The notes below the pieces were generated by a model. The model was not told where the DNA came from. It ran no database searches and saw nothing but the letters and a program-made list of their open reading frames with translations. Source: Patescibacteria group bacterium (GTDB taxonomy: Bacteria > Patescibacteriota > Patescibacteriia > UBA10025 > JAHIVO01). From it: 64,000 bases of DNA. Positions 38,068 through 49,728 of this stretch are shown here, piece by piece. Each line of letters opens with the position of its first letter. The stretch's first letter is position 1. Position numbers and translations under genes: made by a program. The stretch covers positions 85,226-149,225 of the forward strand of contig JBAZKE010000003.1 in NCBI GenBank assembly GCA_041650915.1, in the 5' to 3' direction.

Positions 38068-38715
38068 ATGATCATCAACCTCCTTTTCACCGAACCGATT
38101 TACTTCATAGCAATTTTTGTTGCTCTCATCATTTCAATCAGCCTGCATGAGTTTGCGCACGTATTTACCGCCCACCTGCTCGGCGACAGCACAGGCGAGC
38201 GGGCGGGCCGGCTGACGCTCAATCCGCTCGCGCACCTCGATATGTGGGGTACGATTTCGATACTGCTCATCGGTTTCGGCTGGGGCAAGCCGGCGCCGTT
38301 TAATCCCTACAATCTGCGCGCGAAGCGGTTCGGCCCGGCGCTCGTCGCGCTCGGCGGCCCGCTCTCGAATTTTTTACTCATCGTGGTGTTCGGCATCATG
38401 CTGAAGCTGCTCTATCCGGTCCTCGGGCCTGCGAACTACCTGACTCTGTTCCTGAGTATTCTCGTGACCTTCAACGGCGTCCTGATGATATTCAACCTCA
38501 TACCGATACCGCCGCTCGATGGGTCGCACATACTTGAAGGCATCTTGGGTTCCCGCTTCGCAAACGTATCGGCCCTCCTCAATCGCTACGGCCCCCAGCT
38601 GCTCTTTGGGCTCATTTTTTTATCGATTTTTTTCGGATTGCCGATTTTTAGCTCGATAATTTACCCGATTATTCGCCAAATCAGCAGGGCGCTTGGCGTA
38701 CCGATTCTAATATGA
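38068..38715 (+). CDS. Site-2 protease (M50) family
   Basis: HEFAH, RLTLNPLAHLD, FNLIPIPPLDG. Confidence 0.95.
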   Translation: MIINLLFTEPIYFIAIFVALIISISLHEFAHVFTAHLLGDSTGERAGRLTLNPLAHLDMWGTISILLIGFGWGKPAPFNPYNLRAKRFGPALVALGGPLSNFLLIVVFGIMLKLLYPVLGPANYLTLFLSILVTFNGVLMIFNLIPIPPLDGSHILEGILGSRFANVSALLNRYGPQLLFGLIFLSIFFGLPIFSSIIYPIIRQISRALGVPILI

Positions 38716-38834
38716 TATAGTATTTGACACCCGGGGCGCTGCGTGCTATGCTGCTTGCAGCAATCGGGTATCGTCACTAGATACCTTTTTATTTACCCTT
38801 CTTATATTTATATACACCAGTACAGAAAGCGCGT

Positions 38835-39251
38835 ATGGCAACGGTAAGCCAATTAGTGAGAAAAGGCCGGAAAAAAGCCGGTAAAAAGACAAAAACGCCG
38901 GCACTTGAGCCAGTTCTCAACACCATCCGGCGGAAACGAACAAACCTGAAGAAGAGTTCGCCTTTTAAACGGGGAGTCTGCGTAAAGGTAACCACGGTTA
39001 CCCCGAAGAAACCGAACTCAGCGCTCAGAAAAATCGCCAGGGTTCGCCTTTCGAACGGCATGGAGGTGACTGCATACATACCCGGTGTCGGGCACAATCT
39101 GCAGGAGCACTCGATCGTGCTGATCAGGGGAGGGCGCGTCAAAGACCTTCCGGGCGTCAGGTACCATATTGTGCGCGGCGTGTATGACACTCAGGGCGTT
39201 TCAGATCGGAAACAGAGCCGGAGTATGTACGGCACGAAGCGGGAAAAGTAG
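38835..39251 (+). CDS. rpsL: 30S ribosomal protein uS12
   Basis: [23 protein letters not shown]. Confidence 0.99.
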   Translation: MATVSQLVRKGRKKAGKKTKTPALEPVLNTIRRKRTNLKKSSPFKRGVCVKVTTVTPKKPNSALRKIARVRLSNGMEVTAYIPGVGHNLQEHSIVLIRGGRVKDLPGVRYHIVRGVYDTQGVSDRKQSRSMYGTKREK

Positions 39252-39286
39252 CCGATTTATTGGATATACTTACGTAGGCACGATCT

Positions 39287-39751
39287 ATGAGAGGAAAGAA
39301 AAGATTGAAGCGAAAGGTTGCTCCGGATCCGAAGCACGGCAGCGATGTGATCGCAAAATTCATCAATCTCATCATGCATGGCGGAAAAAAGGGCGTTGCG
39401 CAGCAAGCTGTCTACGACGCATTGGATATTATTGCCGCGAAGACGAAGGGTGATGCGGTTGAGGTCTTCAACCAGGCAATGAAGAACGTTTCACCCATCC
39501 TCGAGGTGAAGTCGAGACGCATCGGCGGTGCAAACTACCAGGTTCCGATCGAGGTCAAAGGGGACCGGAAGCATGCGCTCGCGATGCGCTGGATAATCGG
39601 CGCTGCGAGGAAAAGAAAGGGCAAGCCGATGCGGGAAAAACTCGCGCTGGAGCTCATGGATGCTGCAAACAAGCAGGGTGATGCCGTGAAGAAGAAGGAA
39701 GATGTGCACCGGATGGCAGAGGCAAACAGGGCATTCGCCCACTTCGCGTAG
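39287..39751 (+). CDS. rpsG: 30S ribosomal protein uS7
   Basis: RRIGGANYQVP, MAEANRAFAH. Confidence 0.99.
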   Translation: MRGKKRLKRKVAPDPKHGSDVIAKFINLIMHGGKKGVAQQAVYDALDIIAAKTKGDAVEVFNQAMKNVSPILEVKSRRIGGANYQVPIEVKGDRKHALAMRWIIGAARKRKGKPMREKLALELMDAANKQGDAVKKKEDVHRMAEANRAFAHFA

Positions 39752-39844
39752 GCATATGAAGATTCCTGCGTGCATTCTTGCTGTACGAGGGAATTTTTTC
39801 TTTAAAGAAGCGTACAACTAACCACTAAGAGGTTTATCGAGCAT

Positions 39845-41920
39845 ATGGCACGAGAGTACAGTTTGGAAAAGACTCGCAATATAGGAATAATCGCGCACAT
39901 TGACGCCGGGAAGACGACTGTTACCGAGCGGATTCTGTACTATACCGGCAAGAAGCATAAGATAGGCGAGGTACACGAGGGTGAAGCCGAGATGGACTGG
40001 ATGGAGCAAGAGCGTGAGCGCGGCATTACGATCACCTCAGCCGCGACAACCTGCTTTTGGAATCACCACCGCATTAACATCATCGATACGCCGGGGCACA
40101 TTGATTTTACCGTTGAGGTGCAGCGGAGCCTCCGCGTGCTCGACGGCGGTTTTATCGTTTTTGACGGCGTTGCCGGCGTTGAGCCGCAGTCCGAAACCGT
40201 ATTCCACCAGGCGGAAAAGTTTGAAGTTCCGCTCATGGGTTTCGTTAATAAGATGGATCGGACGGGAGCTGACTTTTATGCTGATATTGCGGCAATCAGG
40301 GAGCGCCTGACGCCAAACGCCGTTCCGCTGCAGCTTCCCATCGGCGCTGAGAGCAGCTTTATCGGCATCATTGATTTGCTCGAGCAGAAGGCGCGCGTGT
40401 ACAAGGATGAGATGGGCAAGGAGTGGGAAGACCGGGACATACCGGATGATATGAAAGAAAAAACAGCCCAGTTCCGCAATGAGCTCATTGAGAAAGTCGC
40501 AGAGCAGGATGATGGTTTACTGCAGCAGTTTCTGGACGGCAAGGAACTCGCGCTCGGTGATATCAAACGGGTGCTCCGGAAGGGCACGATCGCGCGGACG
40601 ATCATGCCGATCTTTGTCGGCAGCGCACTCAAGAACAAAGGCGTGCAATTTTTACTCGATGCAGTGGTCGACTATCTCCCGTCGCCGCTCGATGTGCCGA
40701 ATGTAACGGGAATGCTTCCCGGAAAGGACGGACAGGCTGTGGAAAGAAAAACTGCCGATGAGGAAAAATTTTCCGCACTCGCATTCAAAGTTGCTACGGA
40801 TCCGTACGTCGGCACTTTGACGTTTTTCAGGACTTACTCCGGGACGCTCAAGGCTGGCTCATACGTTCTCAATGCCCGGTCCGGAAAAAGTGAGCGCATT
40901 GGCCGGATTGTCCGTATGCACGCAAACCGCCGCGAAGAGGTAGATGAGGTGTTCGCGGGCGAAATTGCGGCAGCGGTCGGCCTCAAGGATTCTACGACCG
41001 GGGATACGCTCTGTGACAAGGAACATCCAATTATTCTCGAGTCGATAACGTTTCCCGACCCCGTTATCAGAGTGGCAATTGAGCCGAAGACAAAAGCGGA
41101 TCAGGAGAAAATGGGCACTGCGCTCGCGAAACTCATGGGGGAAGACCCGACTTTCAAAGTTAATACTGATGAGGACACGAATCAGACCATTATCGCCGGC
41201 ATGGGCGAGCTTCACCTCGAAATTATTGTTGATAGGATGAAGCGCGAATTTAAGGTTGACGCGAGCGTCGGCAAACCGCAGGTTGCTTACAAAGAGACCA
41301 TCACGAAAATCGCGGAAGCAGAAGGCAAGTACATCCGCCAGTCCGGCGGCCGTGGGCAGTATGGGCACTGTGTCGTCCGGGTCGAGCCGCAGGAGCGGGG
41401 AGCAGGCTTTGAGTTTGTGAATGAGGTGCGGGGTGGAAATATCCCGTCGGAATACATCCCTGCTATAGAAAAAGGGGCTCGAGAAGCGCTGGACCGCGGT
41501 GTCATTGCGCACTACCCGCTCGTTGACGTCAAGCTGACCGTTCTGGACGGCTCATACCACGATGTTGATTCTTCTGAGGCCGCTTTTAAAATAGCAGGTT
41601 CGATGGGGCTCCAGGCAGCGGCGAAGCAAGCCGGTCCCGTGCTGCTCGAACCGATCATGAAAGTTGAGGTCGTGACTCCCGAGCAGTACATGGGCGATGT
41701 GATCGGAGACCTCAATTCAAAGCGTGCAACCGTAAAGGAGATGACTGACCGCGGAAGGATAAAAGTCATCGACGCGGATGTGCCGCTCGCGCAGATGTTT
41801 GGCTACGCCACGCAGCTGCGGTCAATGTCTCAGGGGCGTGCTTCGTACTCGATGGAGTTCTCAAACTATGAGATCGTGCCCAAGAATGTGCTCGCTCAAA
41901 TAATCGGGGAAAAAGAGTAG
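39845..41920 (+). CDS. fusA: Elongation factor G
   Basis: [26 protein letters not shown]. Confidence 0.99.
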   Translation: MAREYSLEKTRNIGIIAHIDAGKTTVTERILYYTGKKHKIGEVHEGEAEMDWMEQERERGITITSAATTCFWNHHRINIIDTPGHIDFTVEVQRSLRVLDGGFIVFDGVAGVEPQSETVFHQAEKFEVPLMGFVNKMDRTGADFYADIAAIRERLTPNAVPLQLPIGAESSFIGIIDLLEQKARVYKDEMGKEWEDRDIPDDMKEKTAQFRNELIEKVAEQDDGLLQQFLDGKELALGDIKRVLRKGTIARTIMPIFVGSALKNKGVQFLLDAVVDYLPSPLDVPNVTGMLPGKDGQAVERKTADEEKFSALAFKVATDPYVGTLTFFRTYSGTLKAGSYVLNARSGKSERIGRIVRMHANRREEVDEVFAGEIAAAVGLKDSTTGDTLCDKEHPIILESITFPDPVIRVAIEPKTKADQEKMGTALAKLMGEDPTFKVNTDEDTNQTIIAGMGELHLEIIVDRMKREFKVDASVGKPQVAYKETITKIAEAEGKYIRQSGGRGQYGHCVVRVEPQERGAGFEFVNEVRGGNIPSEYIPAIEKGAREALDRGVIAHYPLVDVKLTVLDGSYHDVDSSEAAFKIAGSMGLQAAAKQAGPVLLEPIMKVEVVTPEQYMGDVIGDLNSKRATVKEMTDRGRIKVIDADVPLAQMFGYATQLRSMSQGRASYSMEFSNYEIVPKNVLAQIIGEKE

Positions 41921-41982
41921 CTCCTGCACAGCACGGCGGCCGGCTGAGCGAATTGGTACTGTTCATACGTAATCTATATAGT

Positions 41983-42549
41983 ATGGCAATGCCCGAAGGC
42001 AGCAAGCGAATTCAAACAGTCAGCGGTATCGTCTTGCTTATTGTCGTTGTTATGCTCATCGGGGTTTACTATCTCTGGCTCGTCGCCCGTGAAGATGAAC
42101 CCGTGATGAATACGACGCTCGTGCAGGTGCCGCAGCGTGAGGCGGCGGATACAGGGGCGGAAGCCGAAGCAGCAGGGCAGGCGACGCTCTACAGCAGTTT
42201 GGAGCATGGATTTGGTGTCGAGTATCCCGTCGGCTGGGACATCGAAACCCTGCAAACGGGCGACGGCGATTCGAGCATTTCTACGGTCCGCTTTTCCGGT
42301 GGCGACGAAACGGTTGATATCATCATTACAGATCAGGGCATGGAGGGCATTATCGCAAATTCAATTTCGATTGATGCGGAGTCGGAAATAGCAGTCAGCG
42401 GCCAGCGTGCCCGTCTCCTCGAAGGGGGAAACATGAAGGATGGGTCCCCGCTTAATATGGTTTTGCTTGTCAATGGCGATACGCTGTATGCGATTACCGG
42501 ATTAGGAGATAGTTTCAATAGTATCGTGGAGCATTTTTCTTTGCAGTAA
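41983..42549 (+). CDS. Membrane-anchored acidic hypothetical protein (possibly PsbP-like fold)
   Basis: N-terminal TM, YSSLEHGFGVEYPVGW, FNSIVEHFSL. Confidence 0.65.
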   Translation: MAMPEGSKRIQTVSGIVLLIVVVMLIGVYYLWLVAREDEPVMNTTLVQVPQREAADTGAEAEAAGQATLYSSLEHGFGVEYPVGWDIETLQTGDGDSSISTVRFSGGDETVDIIITDQGMEGIIANSISIDAESEIAVSGQRARLLEGGNMKDGSPLNMVLLVNGDTLYAITGLGDSFNSIVEHFSLQ

Positions 42550-42831
42550 ATATCCACATTTCTGGGGATAATCAAGTTGATTATAGAGGGCTGGTAGTTA
42601 TTTTTTGCTAATATTAGCTGAAAGTATACTAGTGAATAGATCTGACGGAATATGCATCCGACCCTCGGCTTGCTAAAAAATGCCATCGCTGCTATAATGC
42701 ACATTGCTATTTTAAAAGAAGGGTCTATACGTATTGACAACCGATAGCCCTTCGCGTATCCTTACGGGATACTACATGCTTTTATCAATTATTTAAGACT
42801 TATTTAAGACTATTAAGTACGAGTCACTACT

Positions 42832-44016
42832 ATGACTGCTAAATTTGAAAGAACAAAGACACACGTAAATGTTGGTACCATTGGCCACGTTGACCACGGT
42901 AAAACAACCCTTACCGCAGCAATACTCAAGGTGCTGAAAGATAAAGGTTTCTCTGCCCAGGATAAAACAGTGGATCAGATCGACAATGCCCCAGAGGAAA
43001 AAGCGCGTGGCATTACCATTGCGACCGCGCACGTCGAATACGAAACTGAAAAGCGGCACTACGCGCACATCGACTGCCCGGGGCACGCTGATTACGTTAA
43101 AAATATGATTACCGGCGCAGCTCAGATGGACGGCGCCATTCTTGTCGTTTCGGCCGCTGACGGCCCGATGCCGCAGACACGCGAGCATATCCTGCTCGCA
43201 AACCAGGTTGGCGTGAAGAATATCATCGTATTCCTCAATAAAGTTGATATGGTTGATGACAAGGAGTTGATTGACCTCGTTGAAGTTGAGGTGCGCGACT
43301 TGCTTAAGAAGTACGAGTACCCGGGCGATACCACCCCCGTTATCAAGGGTTCTGCATTGCGGGCGATTGAGGGTGACGAGAAGGCGGTTGCGTCAATCAT
43401 GGAGCTCATGAAAGCGATTGATGAGAATATCCCCGAGCCGGAGCGCGATGTTACGAAGCCTTTCCTCATGCCGGTGGAAGATATTTTTTCGATTGAAGGC
43501 AGGGGTACCGTCGTGACCGGAAAAATCGAGCGCGGCGTCATCAAGATTAATGAGGAAGTTGAAATTGTCGGCATTAAAGATACTTCCAAGACCGTCGTGA
43601 CTGGAATAGAAATGTTTAACAAGCAGCTTGATGAAGGGCGCGCGGGCGATAATGCAGGACTGCTCATTCGCGGCACCAAAAAGGAAGAGGTAGAGCGGGG
43701 GCAGGTTATTGCAAAGCCAGGCACTGTTACGCCGCATACTGAGTTTGAAGCGCAGATATACATTCTCAATAAAGAAGAGGGCGGCCGCCATACCCCGTTT
43801 TTTAAGGGGTACAAGCCGCAATTCTATATCCGTACGACTGACGTAACCGGCGAGGTGCAGCTTCCAGAAAATACCGAGATGATCATGCCGGGAGACGAGG
43901 TGACGCTCAAGGTCAAGCTGATTGTGCCGATTGCGCTCGAAGAGCAGCAGCGTTTCGCTATCCGGGAAGGCGGGCATACCGTCGGGGCAGGCGTTATTAC
44001 TAAAATAATTAAATAG
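42832..44016 (+). CDS. tuf: Elongation factor Tu
   Basis: [24 protein letters not shown]. Confidence 0.99.
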   Translation: MTAKFERTKTHVNVGTIGHVDHGKTTLTAAILKVLKDKGFSAQDKTVDQIDNAPEEKARGITIATAHVEYETEKRHYAHIDCPGHADYVKNMITGAAQMDGAILVVSAADGPMPQTREHILLANQVGVKNIIVFLNKVDMVDDKELIDLVEVEVRDLLKKYEYPGDTTPVIKGSALRAIEGDEKAVASIMELMKAIDENIPEPERDVTKPFLMPVEDIFSIEGRGTVVTGKIERGVIKINEEVEIVGIKDTSKTVVTGIEMFNKQLDEGRAGDNAGLLIRGTKKEEVERGQVIAKPGTVTPHTEFEAQIYILNKEEGGRHTPFFKGYKPQFYIRTTDVTGEVQLPENTEMIMPGDEVTLKVKLIVPIALEEQQRFAIREGGHTVGAGVITKIIK

Positions 44017-44111
44017 ACAATGGTTTTTGAGGATTCCAGGCGATAACCTGGGATCTTCTTACAGCCGGCGTTAACAAAATTGTTAGTTTCCAATCGAGCA
44101 CGTGATATCCT

Positions 44112-44486
44112 ATGGCAGACGAGAAACCAAAGAAGCAGGCGGAAGCTGCCGATGATGCAGCAGTAGAAGGCACTGATGAAGTTCAGCAGCGGGTCCGTAT
44201 TCGTATCCGCGCTTACGACCACAAAATTATTGACCAGTCAACCCATACGATACTCGAGACTGCAGCCCGAAGCGGCGCCCAGACAAAGGGCCCCATTCCG
44301 CTCCCGACGGAGAAGAAGAAGTATACAGTCAATAAATCAACTTTCGTCCATAAGGATTCACGTGAGCAGTACGAGATGCGCATACATAAGCGTCTTATAG
44401 ATATCATCAACCCAACCGCGAAGACGATCGATTCGATGATGAGCTTGAACCTGCCGGCGGGCGTAGATATCGAGATTAAAATGTAG
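44112..44486 (+). CDS. rpsJ: 30S ribosomal protein uS10
   Basis: [23 protein letters not shown]. Confidence 0.98.
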   Translation: MADEKPKKQAEAADDAAVEGTDEVQQRVRIRIRAYDHKIIDQSTHTILETAARSGAQTKGPIPLPTEKKKYTVNKSTFVHKDSREQYEMRIHKRLIDIINPTAKTIDSMMSLNLPAGVDIEIKM

Positions 44487-44696
44487 GGCGCTCCTGTGGA
44501 CCATTCTTAGTTCAATACGTACGGTGAATAGGTTCTAGAGATGATAATTCGGTTTTCGCTCGGTTAATCTCTAGATAACGATTTTCCAGAAACATGAAAC
44601 CGGTTTGTGCCGGATTCCTGAAATCTGGCACTCGTAGTCCGGTTTTTTTAGTAGCTACATCCGCCGTACGGTACGGTTACATCAATACACCCAACA

Positions 44697-45473
44697 ATGA
44701 AATTCATCATCGGAAAAAAAATTGAAATGACCCAGCGTTTTGCCGAGGACGGAAGTGTCGTGCCGGTTACTATTGTCGAGGCGGGCCCATGTATCGTTTC
44801 GCAGGTTAAGACGGCCGAGCGCGACGGGTATAGTGCAGTCCAGGTTGGTTTCGGTACCGCAAAGAAGCTCTCGAAAGCAGAGCGGGGCCACATGAAAAAC
44901 CTCGGTGCGGTCAAACACCTCCGTGAATTCAGGATGGCGCAGATGCCAGAGCTCAAGCGCGGCGACACGATCACCGCTGCGGTGTTTGTACCGGGAGATT
45001 TGGTTACCGTCCGGGGCATTTCGAAAGGCAAAGGCTTCCAGGGCGTTGTAAGGCGGCACGGTTTCAGCGGCAGCCTGGCTACGCACGGGCACAAAGACCA
45101 GCTGCGCATGCCGGGCTCAATCGGTTCGACTGATTCAGGCCGTGTATTCAAGGGCACCCGAATGGGCGGCCACATGGGATCAAACAGCATCACGCTTAAA
45201 AACTTGGCTGTTGTGGAGGTCAATGCAGAAAAGAATCTGCTGTACATCCGTGGGGCGGTGCCGGGGTCACGCGGAGGGCTGCTGGTTATCAGCACAGATG
45301 GCGTAATGAATTTGAGCGTACCTCCGTCTGCTGGAAATGCAGTAAAAAAAGGCGATGCGGACGGCAAACAAGCCGCGCCTCAAAAAGGGCAGGGTGAGAT
45401 TCCAGCAAAACCGCAGCCAAAGGGACCATCGGATAGCGCAGAGAAACAAAAAGGAGGAAAGAGCAAGAAGTAG
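44697..45473 (+). CDS. rplC: 50S ribosomal protein uL3
   Basis: SKGKGFQGVVRRHG, PGSIGS; Lys-rich tail. Confidence 0.98.
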   Translation: MKFIIGKKIEMTQRFAEDGSVVPVTIVEAGPCIVSQVKTAERDGYSAVQVGFGTAKKLSKAERGHMKNLGAVKHLREFRMAQMPELKRGDTITAAVFVPGDLVTVRGISKGKGFQGVVRRHGFSGSLATHGHKDQLRMPGSIGSTDSGRVFKGTRMGGHMGSNSITLKNLAVVEVNAEKNLLYIRGAVPGSRGGLLVISTDGVMNLSVPPSAGNAVKKGDADGKQAAPQKGQGEIPAKPQPKGPSDSAEKQKGGKSKK

Positions 45474-45479
45474 TATTCT

Positions 45480-46109
45480 ATGGCAAAGGTAACGGTATAC
45501 AATTCAGAAGGAAAGAGCGCGGGCGAGGTGGTACTCGATCAGAAGGTATTTGGCGTCGATATCAAGCCTGAGCTCGTCCAGCAAGCCGTGCGTACGCAGA
45601 TGGCTAATCGCAGGATTGTTCTCGCCCATACGAAGGATCGATCGGAAGTGCGCGGCGGGGGCAAGAAACCGTGGCGCCAGAAAGGCACCGGCAGGTCACG
45701 GCATGGCTCTATACGGTCCCCGCTGTGGAAGGGAGGCGGCGTTACGTTCGGCCCCCTGAGCAACCGTAATTTCGAGCTCAAGATGAATAAGAAGGCACGC
45801 CGAAAGGCGCTCTTGATGTGCCTCACCGCGCGTGCAGCAGCGAAAGAGCTCATCGTTATTGACACCATTGATATGAAGGGCGGGAAAACAAAAGCTGCCA
45901 TGGGGTTCTTCAAGAAACTGCCGGTGAAGGGGAGCGTTCTCCTGGTCGTACCGAAGCTTGAACAGCAGATAGTCCGTGCAACCCGTAATATTCCGAGCGT
46001 TAAGGTCATACGGGCAGACAGCATTAATGTCGTCGATCTCCTTTCGTTCCACTTCATCGTGGCTGCCAAGGGCAGCTTGGATATTATCAAGAAGACGTAT
46101 CTCGCATAG
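45480..46109 (+). CDS. rplD: 50S ribosomal protein uL4
   Basis: EVRGGGKKPWRQKGTG. Confidence 0.98.
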   Translation: MAKVTVYNSEGKSAGEVVLDQKVFGVDIKPELVQQAVRTQMANRRIVLAHTKDRSEVRGGGKKPWRQKGTGRSRHGSIRSPLWKGGGVTFGPLSNRNFELKMNKKARRKALLMCLTARAAAKELIVIDTIDMKGGKTKAAMGFFKKLPVKGSVLLVVPKLEQQIVRATRNIPSVKVIRADSINVVDLLSFHFIVAAKGSLDIIKKTYLA

Positions 46110-46113
46110 CGTT

Positions 46114-46581
46114 ATGGGATTATTTGATAAATTTAAATTTAAGAAAAAGCCTGAGCGGAAGCTCGAGCGCAAACCGGGGCCGCCGCAGCACAGTGCACCG
46201 AAGCAGCCAGTCGTGACTCCGGATGGGAAGCTCGTCAATGCTCCGAAGAAAGAGGGCGCAAAGCCGAAGAAAGCGAAGGCGAAGAAGCTCGATACCGGTG
46301 ATGCATACCGCGTTCTCTTACGCCCGCTTATCACGGAGAAGGGGTCTATGCTCGGCGTGAACAACCAGTACGCCTTTGAGGTTGCCCCAAGCAGCAATAA
46401 GGTAGAGGTCCGAAAAGCAATTCGGAAGGTATATGGCATTGATCCGATTAAGGTGAACGTGCTCAACGTATCGGGCAAGCAGGTTCGCTACGGACGCGCG
46501 GAGGGGGTCACGAAGCATTGGAAAAAGGCTATCGTGACGCTGCCCGAAGGCCAAAAAATTGATATTCAAGAGGGGCTCTAG
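46114..46581 (+). CDS. rplW: 50S ribosomal protein uL23
   Basis: PLITEK, WKKAIVTL; Lys/Pro-rich N-terminal extension. Confidence 0.96.
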   Translation: MGLFDKFKFKKKPERKLERKPGPPQHSAPKQPVVTPDGKLVNAPKKEGAKPKKAKAKKLDTGDAYRVLLRPLITEKGSMLGVNNQYAFEVAPSSNKVEVRKAIRKVYGIDPIKVNVLNVSGKQVRYGRAEGVTKHWKKAIVTLPEGQKIDIQEGL

Positions 46582-46590
46582 TATACTCCT

Positions 46591-47433
46591 ATGGCAATAA
46601 AGAAATACAAACCAACTACGCCGGGACGAAGGGGAGCTTCAGTGGTGAATCATGCTGAGCTCACGAAAAAACGGCCGGAGAGAAAGCTGATTGTGATCAG
46701 GAAGCAAGCTGCAGGCCGGAATAGCGGCGGAAAAATTACCGTTCGGCACCGAGGCGGCGGGCATAAACGTTTTCTGAGGGTTATTGACAGCCAGCATGAC
46801 CGGCTCGATCAGCCCGCAACTGTCAAGGCGATAGAGTACGATCCGAACCGATCAGCCTGGCTCGCACTCGTTGAGTATACGGACGGAGAAAAACGGTATA
46901 TTATTGCGCCGGCGGAACTGAAGGTCGGTGCGGTCATCGTAAATTCGACAAAAGAAGCGCCAATCAGGGTCGGCAACCGGTTGCCACTCGGGAAAATACC
47001 GGTCGGCATTACCGTGCATGATTTGGAGCTGCATCCGGGCACCAAGGCGTCGATCGTCCGTTCCGCAGGTTCGGGCGCGATCATCCAGTCAGTTGAAGGC
47101 GATGCAGCCCAGCTTCGCCTCCCATCCGGTGAAATCAGGATATTCCATATTGATTGCATGGCGACGATAGGGCAAGTCTCGAATATTGACCACAATAAAA
47201 TACGCCTAGGTAAAGCCGGCAAGAAACGGTGGCTCGGAAAGCGCCCGGCTGTCCGGGGCAAAGCGATGAATCCAGTAGATCATCCGCACGGCGGCGGCGA
47301 GGGCAGCAATCCGATCGGGCTCAAGCACCCGAAGACTCCGTGGGGCAAGCCGGCGCTGGGGGTACGGACGAGGCGGAAAGATAAAAGCTCAGACAGGTAC
47401 ATCGTACGCCGGAGGAGCAAGAAACGGCGCTAG
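46591..47433 (+). CDS. rplB: 50S ribosomal protein uL2
   Basis: [20 protein letters not shown]. Confidence 0.99.
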   Translation: MAIKKYKPTTPGRRGASVVNHAELTKKRPERKLIVIRKQAAGRNSGGKITVRHRGGGHKRFLRVIDSQHDRLDQPATVKAIEYDPNRSAWLALVEYTDGEKRYIIAPAELKVGAVIVNSTKEAPIRVGNRLPLGKIPVGITVHDLELHPGTKASIVRSAGSGAIIQSVEGDAAQLRLPSGEIRIFHIDCMATIGQVSNIDHNKIRLGKAGKKRWLGKRPAVRGKAMNPVDHPHGGGEGSNPIGLKHPKTPWGKPALGVRTRRKDKSSDRYIVRRRSKKRR

Positions 47434-47456
47434 AAGAGAATAATACTCATAACTTT

Positions 47457-47843
47457 ATGTCACGAAGTTTAAAAAAAGGCCCATTCACGGATCCGAAGCT
47501 TCTCAAAAAAGTTTCGAACTTGAAGCAGGGCGATAAGACCATTATCAAGACCTGGTCCCGCTCCTCGGTAATCACTCCGGAAATGGTCGGTTTCTCGTTC
47601 GGCGTGCACAACGGCAAGGAACATATTACTGTGTATGTTATTGAGAATATGGTCGGCCACCGGCTCGGTGAGTTTGCGCAAACGCGCAGGTTCGTGCGGC
47701 ACGGCGGCAAGATGCAGCGCGAACAGGCTGCAGCTGCAGCGGCAACTCAGCAGAATGAAGCCGTCGCCCTGCAGAAGGGTGCCCCGAGTGCCGGAGCAGG
47801 CAAAGAAGCTACGAAATCCGCTGAAGATAAGAAAGATTCATAA
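47457..47843 (+). CDS. rpsS: 30S ribosomal protein uS19
   Basis: [16 protein letters not shown]. Confidence 0.98.
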   Translation: MSRSLKKGPFTDPKLLKKVSNLKQGDKTIIKTWSRSSVITPEMVGFSFGVHNGKEHITVYVIENMVGHRLGEFAQTRRFVRHGGKMQREQAAAAAATQQNEAVALQKGAPSAGAGKEATKSAEDKKDS

Positions 47844-47846
47844 CGT

Positions 47847-48377
47847 ATGGAAGTACTCGCAAAGCTACGATTTTTAAAAATATCGCCTCCCAAGGTTCGG
47901 CTCGTCATTGATATTGTACGGGGGTTGTCCGTGAAAGACGCTGAAGCACAGCTACAATTCATGAACAAGCGGGCTGCGCTGCCCGTCCTTAAACTCATCC
48001 GTTCAGCCGTAGCTAATGCTGAGCATAATGATAAACTCAAGAAAGAAGATTTGCGCATCAAGCGGATTATGGTAGACCAAGGCCCGACGCTCCATCGCTG
48101 GAGGCCGAGAGCGTACGGTCGCGCAGCGCCAATCCAAAAGCGGTCATCCCACGTAACAGTTGTTTTGGAAAATATGCCGGGGACCGGCCCGAAAGCAGCA
48201 AAAGGCAATAAAGAAAAGGTTGTACCGGCAGTAAAAACGGACTCGAAGGCGGGCACCGTAAAGAAAGCATCCCCGAAATCCGGTAAAAAGCAGCCTATTA
48301 AACAGGCAGTCAAGCCACCGGTAAAAAAGCAGAGCCTCGCAAAGCCCGATTCGGTAAAGAAGTCCAAGAAGAAATAA
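47847..48377 (+). CDS. rplV: 50S ribosomal protein uL22
   Basis: ISPPKVRLV, PRAYGRA; Lys-rich tail. Confidence 0.98.
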   Translation: MEVLAKLRFLKISPPKVRLVIDIVRGLSVKDAEAQLQFMNKRAALPVLKLIRSAVANAEHNDKLKKEDLRIKRIMVDQGPTLHRWRPRAYGRAAPIQKRSSHVTVVLENMPGTGPKAAKGNKEKVVPAVKTDSKAGTVKKASPKSGKKQPIKQAVKPPVKKQSLAKPDSVKKSKKK

Positions 48378-48386
48378 TTGATACCT

Positions 48387-49064
48387 ATGGGACATAAAGT
48401 ACATCCAAGAGTTTTCAGAATAGGAACGATCGGCAGTTGGAAGTCGAAGTGGTTTTCTGACAAGACGTACGCTGAGCTGCTCGAACAAGATATCAAAATC
48501 CGCCGCTACATCAGCAAGAAGTTTAAGGAAGCCGGCGTTGCTTCGATTGAGATCGTACGTTCCGGGGGTGCCGTGGAGGTAAACCTCCACACCTCCAAGC
48601 CAGGCCTCATTATCGGGAGGGGCGGAGCTGGTGCAGATGAGCTCAAGAAGGAAATCAAGAAGCAGTTTTTGCCGAAAAAGGCGAACCTCAATTTAAATAT
48701 CCACGAAGTCTCAAAGCCGTATCTCTCAGGCCAGCTCGTATGCCAAAATATTATCGAGCAGCTCGAGAAGAGAATTCCTTTCCGCCGGGTGGCTAAGCGT
48801 GCGATAGATCAGGTCATGCAGGCTGGCGCTAAAGGCGTAAAGATCATCATCGGCGGGCGCTTGAACGGTGCGGAAATCGCGCGGAGCGAAAAGTTTTCAC
48901 AGGGTTCCGTTCCGCTCCATACGCTCCGGGCAGACATCGATTATGCGCGGGGCGCGGCGCGTACGACGTACGGGGCGGTGGGTGTGAAAGTTTGGATATA
49001 CCGCGGTGAAATTTTTAAGAGATCGCAGTCAGATACAAAAGCCCAATCGAACGAAATGAAGTAA
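48387..49064 (+). CDS. rpsC: 30S ribosomal protein uS3
   Basis: MGHKVHP, GRLNGAEIAR, PLHTLRADIDY. Confidence 0.98.
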   Translation: MGHKVHPRVFRIGTIGSWKSKWFSDKTYAELLEQDIKIRRYISKKFKEAGVASIEIVRSGGAVEVNLHTSKPGLIIGRGGAGADELKKEIKKQFLPKKANLNLNIHEVSKPYLSGQLVCQNIIEQLEKRIPFRRVAKRAIDQVMQAGAKGVKIIIGGRLNGAEIARSEKFSQGSVPLHTLRADIDYARGAARTTYGAVGVKVWIYRGEIFKRSQSDTKAQSNEMK

Positions 49065-49070
49065 AAATGT

Positions 49071-49481
49071 ATGCTCGTACCGAAGAAAGTAAAACATAGA
49101 AAGTGGCACAAGGGCAGGTTGACCGGCCGTGCATCCTCAAAGGTAAAGCTCAGCTTTGGCAGCTGCGGATTGAAGTCCCTCGGTGCCGGGTGGATTTCTT
49201 CGCGCCAGATCGAGGCTGCGCGCCGTGCGATGACGCGCTTTATCCAGAAGGGCGGCAAGGTATGGATTCGTATCTTTCCTGACAAGCCGATTACGCTCCA
49301 CGGGTCTGAGGTGCGGATGGGCGGCGGCAAAGGTTCGGTTGACCACTATGTTGCCGTCGTGAAGCCCGGTACGGTACTGTTTGAGATGGATGGCGTTGAC
49401 AATGAGAAGGCGAAGGAAGCTTTTCGGCTCGCCTCGCATAAGCTGTCAGTTAAAACAAAGTTTATCACGAAGGAGGCATAG
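49071..49481 (+). CDS. rplP: 50S ribosomal protein uL16
   Basis: [24 protein letters not shown]. Confidence 0.98.
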   Translation: MLVPKKVKHRKWHKGRLTGRASSKVKLSFGSCGLKSLGAGWISSRQIEAARRAMTRFIQKGGKVWIRIFPDKPITLHGSEVRMGGGKGSVDHYVAVVKPGTVLFEMDGVDNEKAKEAFRLASHKLSVKTKFITKEA

Positions 49482-49484
49482 ACT

Positions 49485-49721
49485 ATGGACATGAAAGAAC
49501 TCCGCAGTAAACCGGCAGCAGAATTGCAGAAGCTCATCAAAGCCCAGCGTGAGCAGCTGCGCGACCTTCGGTTTAAGGTTGCAGCAAAACAGCATAAAGA
49601 CGTGAGGGACCTGCGCGATACGCGCACGTCTATCGCACAGATCCTTACCGTTTTAAAGGAGAAAGAGTACGTTAAGTCTACCACACGTACCCATGCAGCA
49701 AGCACTAAACCAAAGGCGTAA
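49485..49721 (+). CDS. rpmC: 50S ribosomal protein uL29
   Basis: KELR, LRF, IAQILTVLKE; operon position. Confidence 0.93.
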   Translation: MDMKELRSKPAAELQKLIKAQREQLRDLRFKVAAKQHKDVRDLRDTRTSIAQILTVLKEKEYVKSTTRTHAASTKPKA

Positions 49722-49728
49722 TACTACT

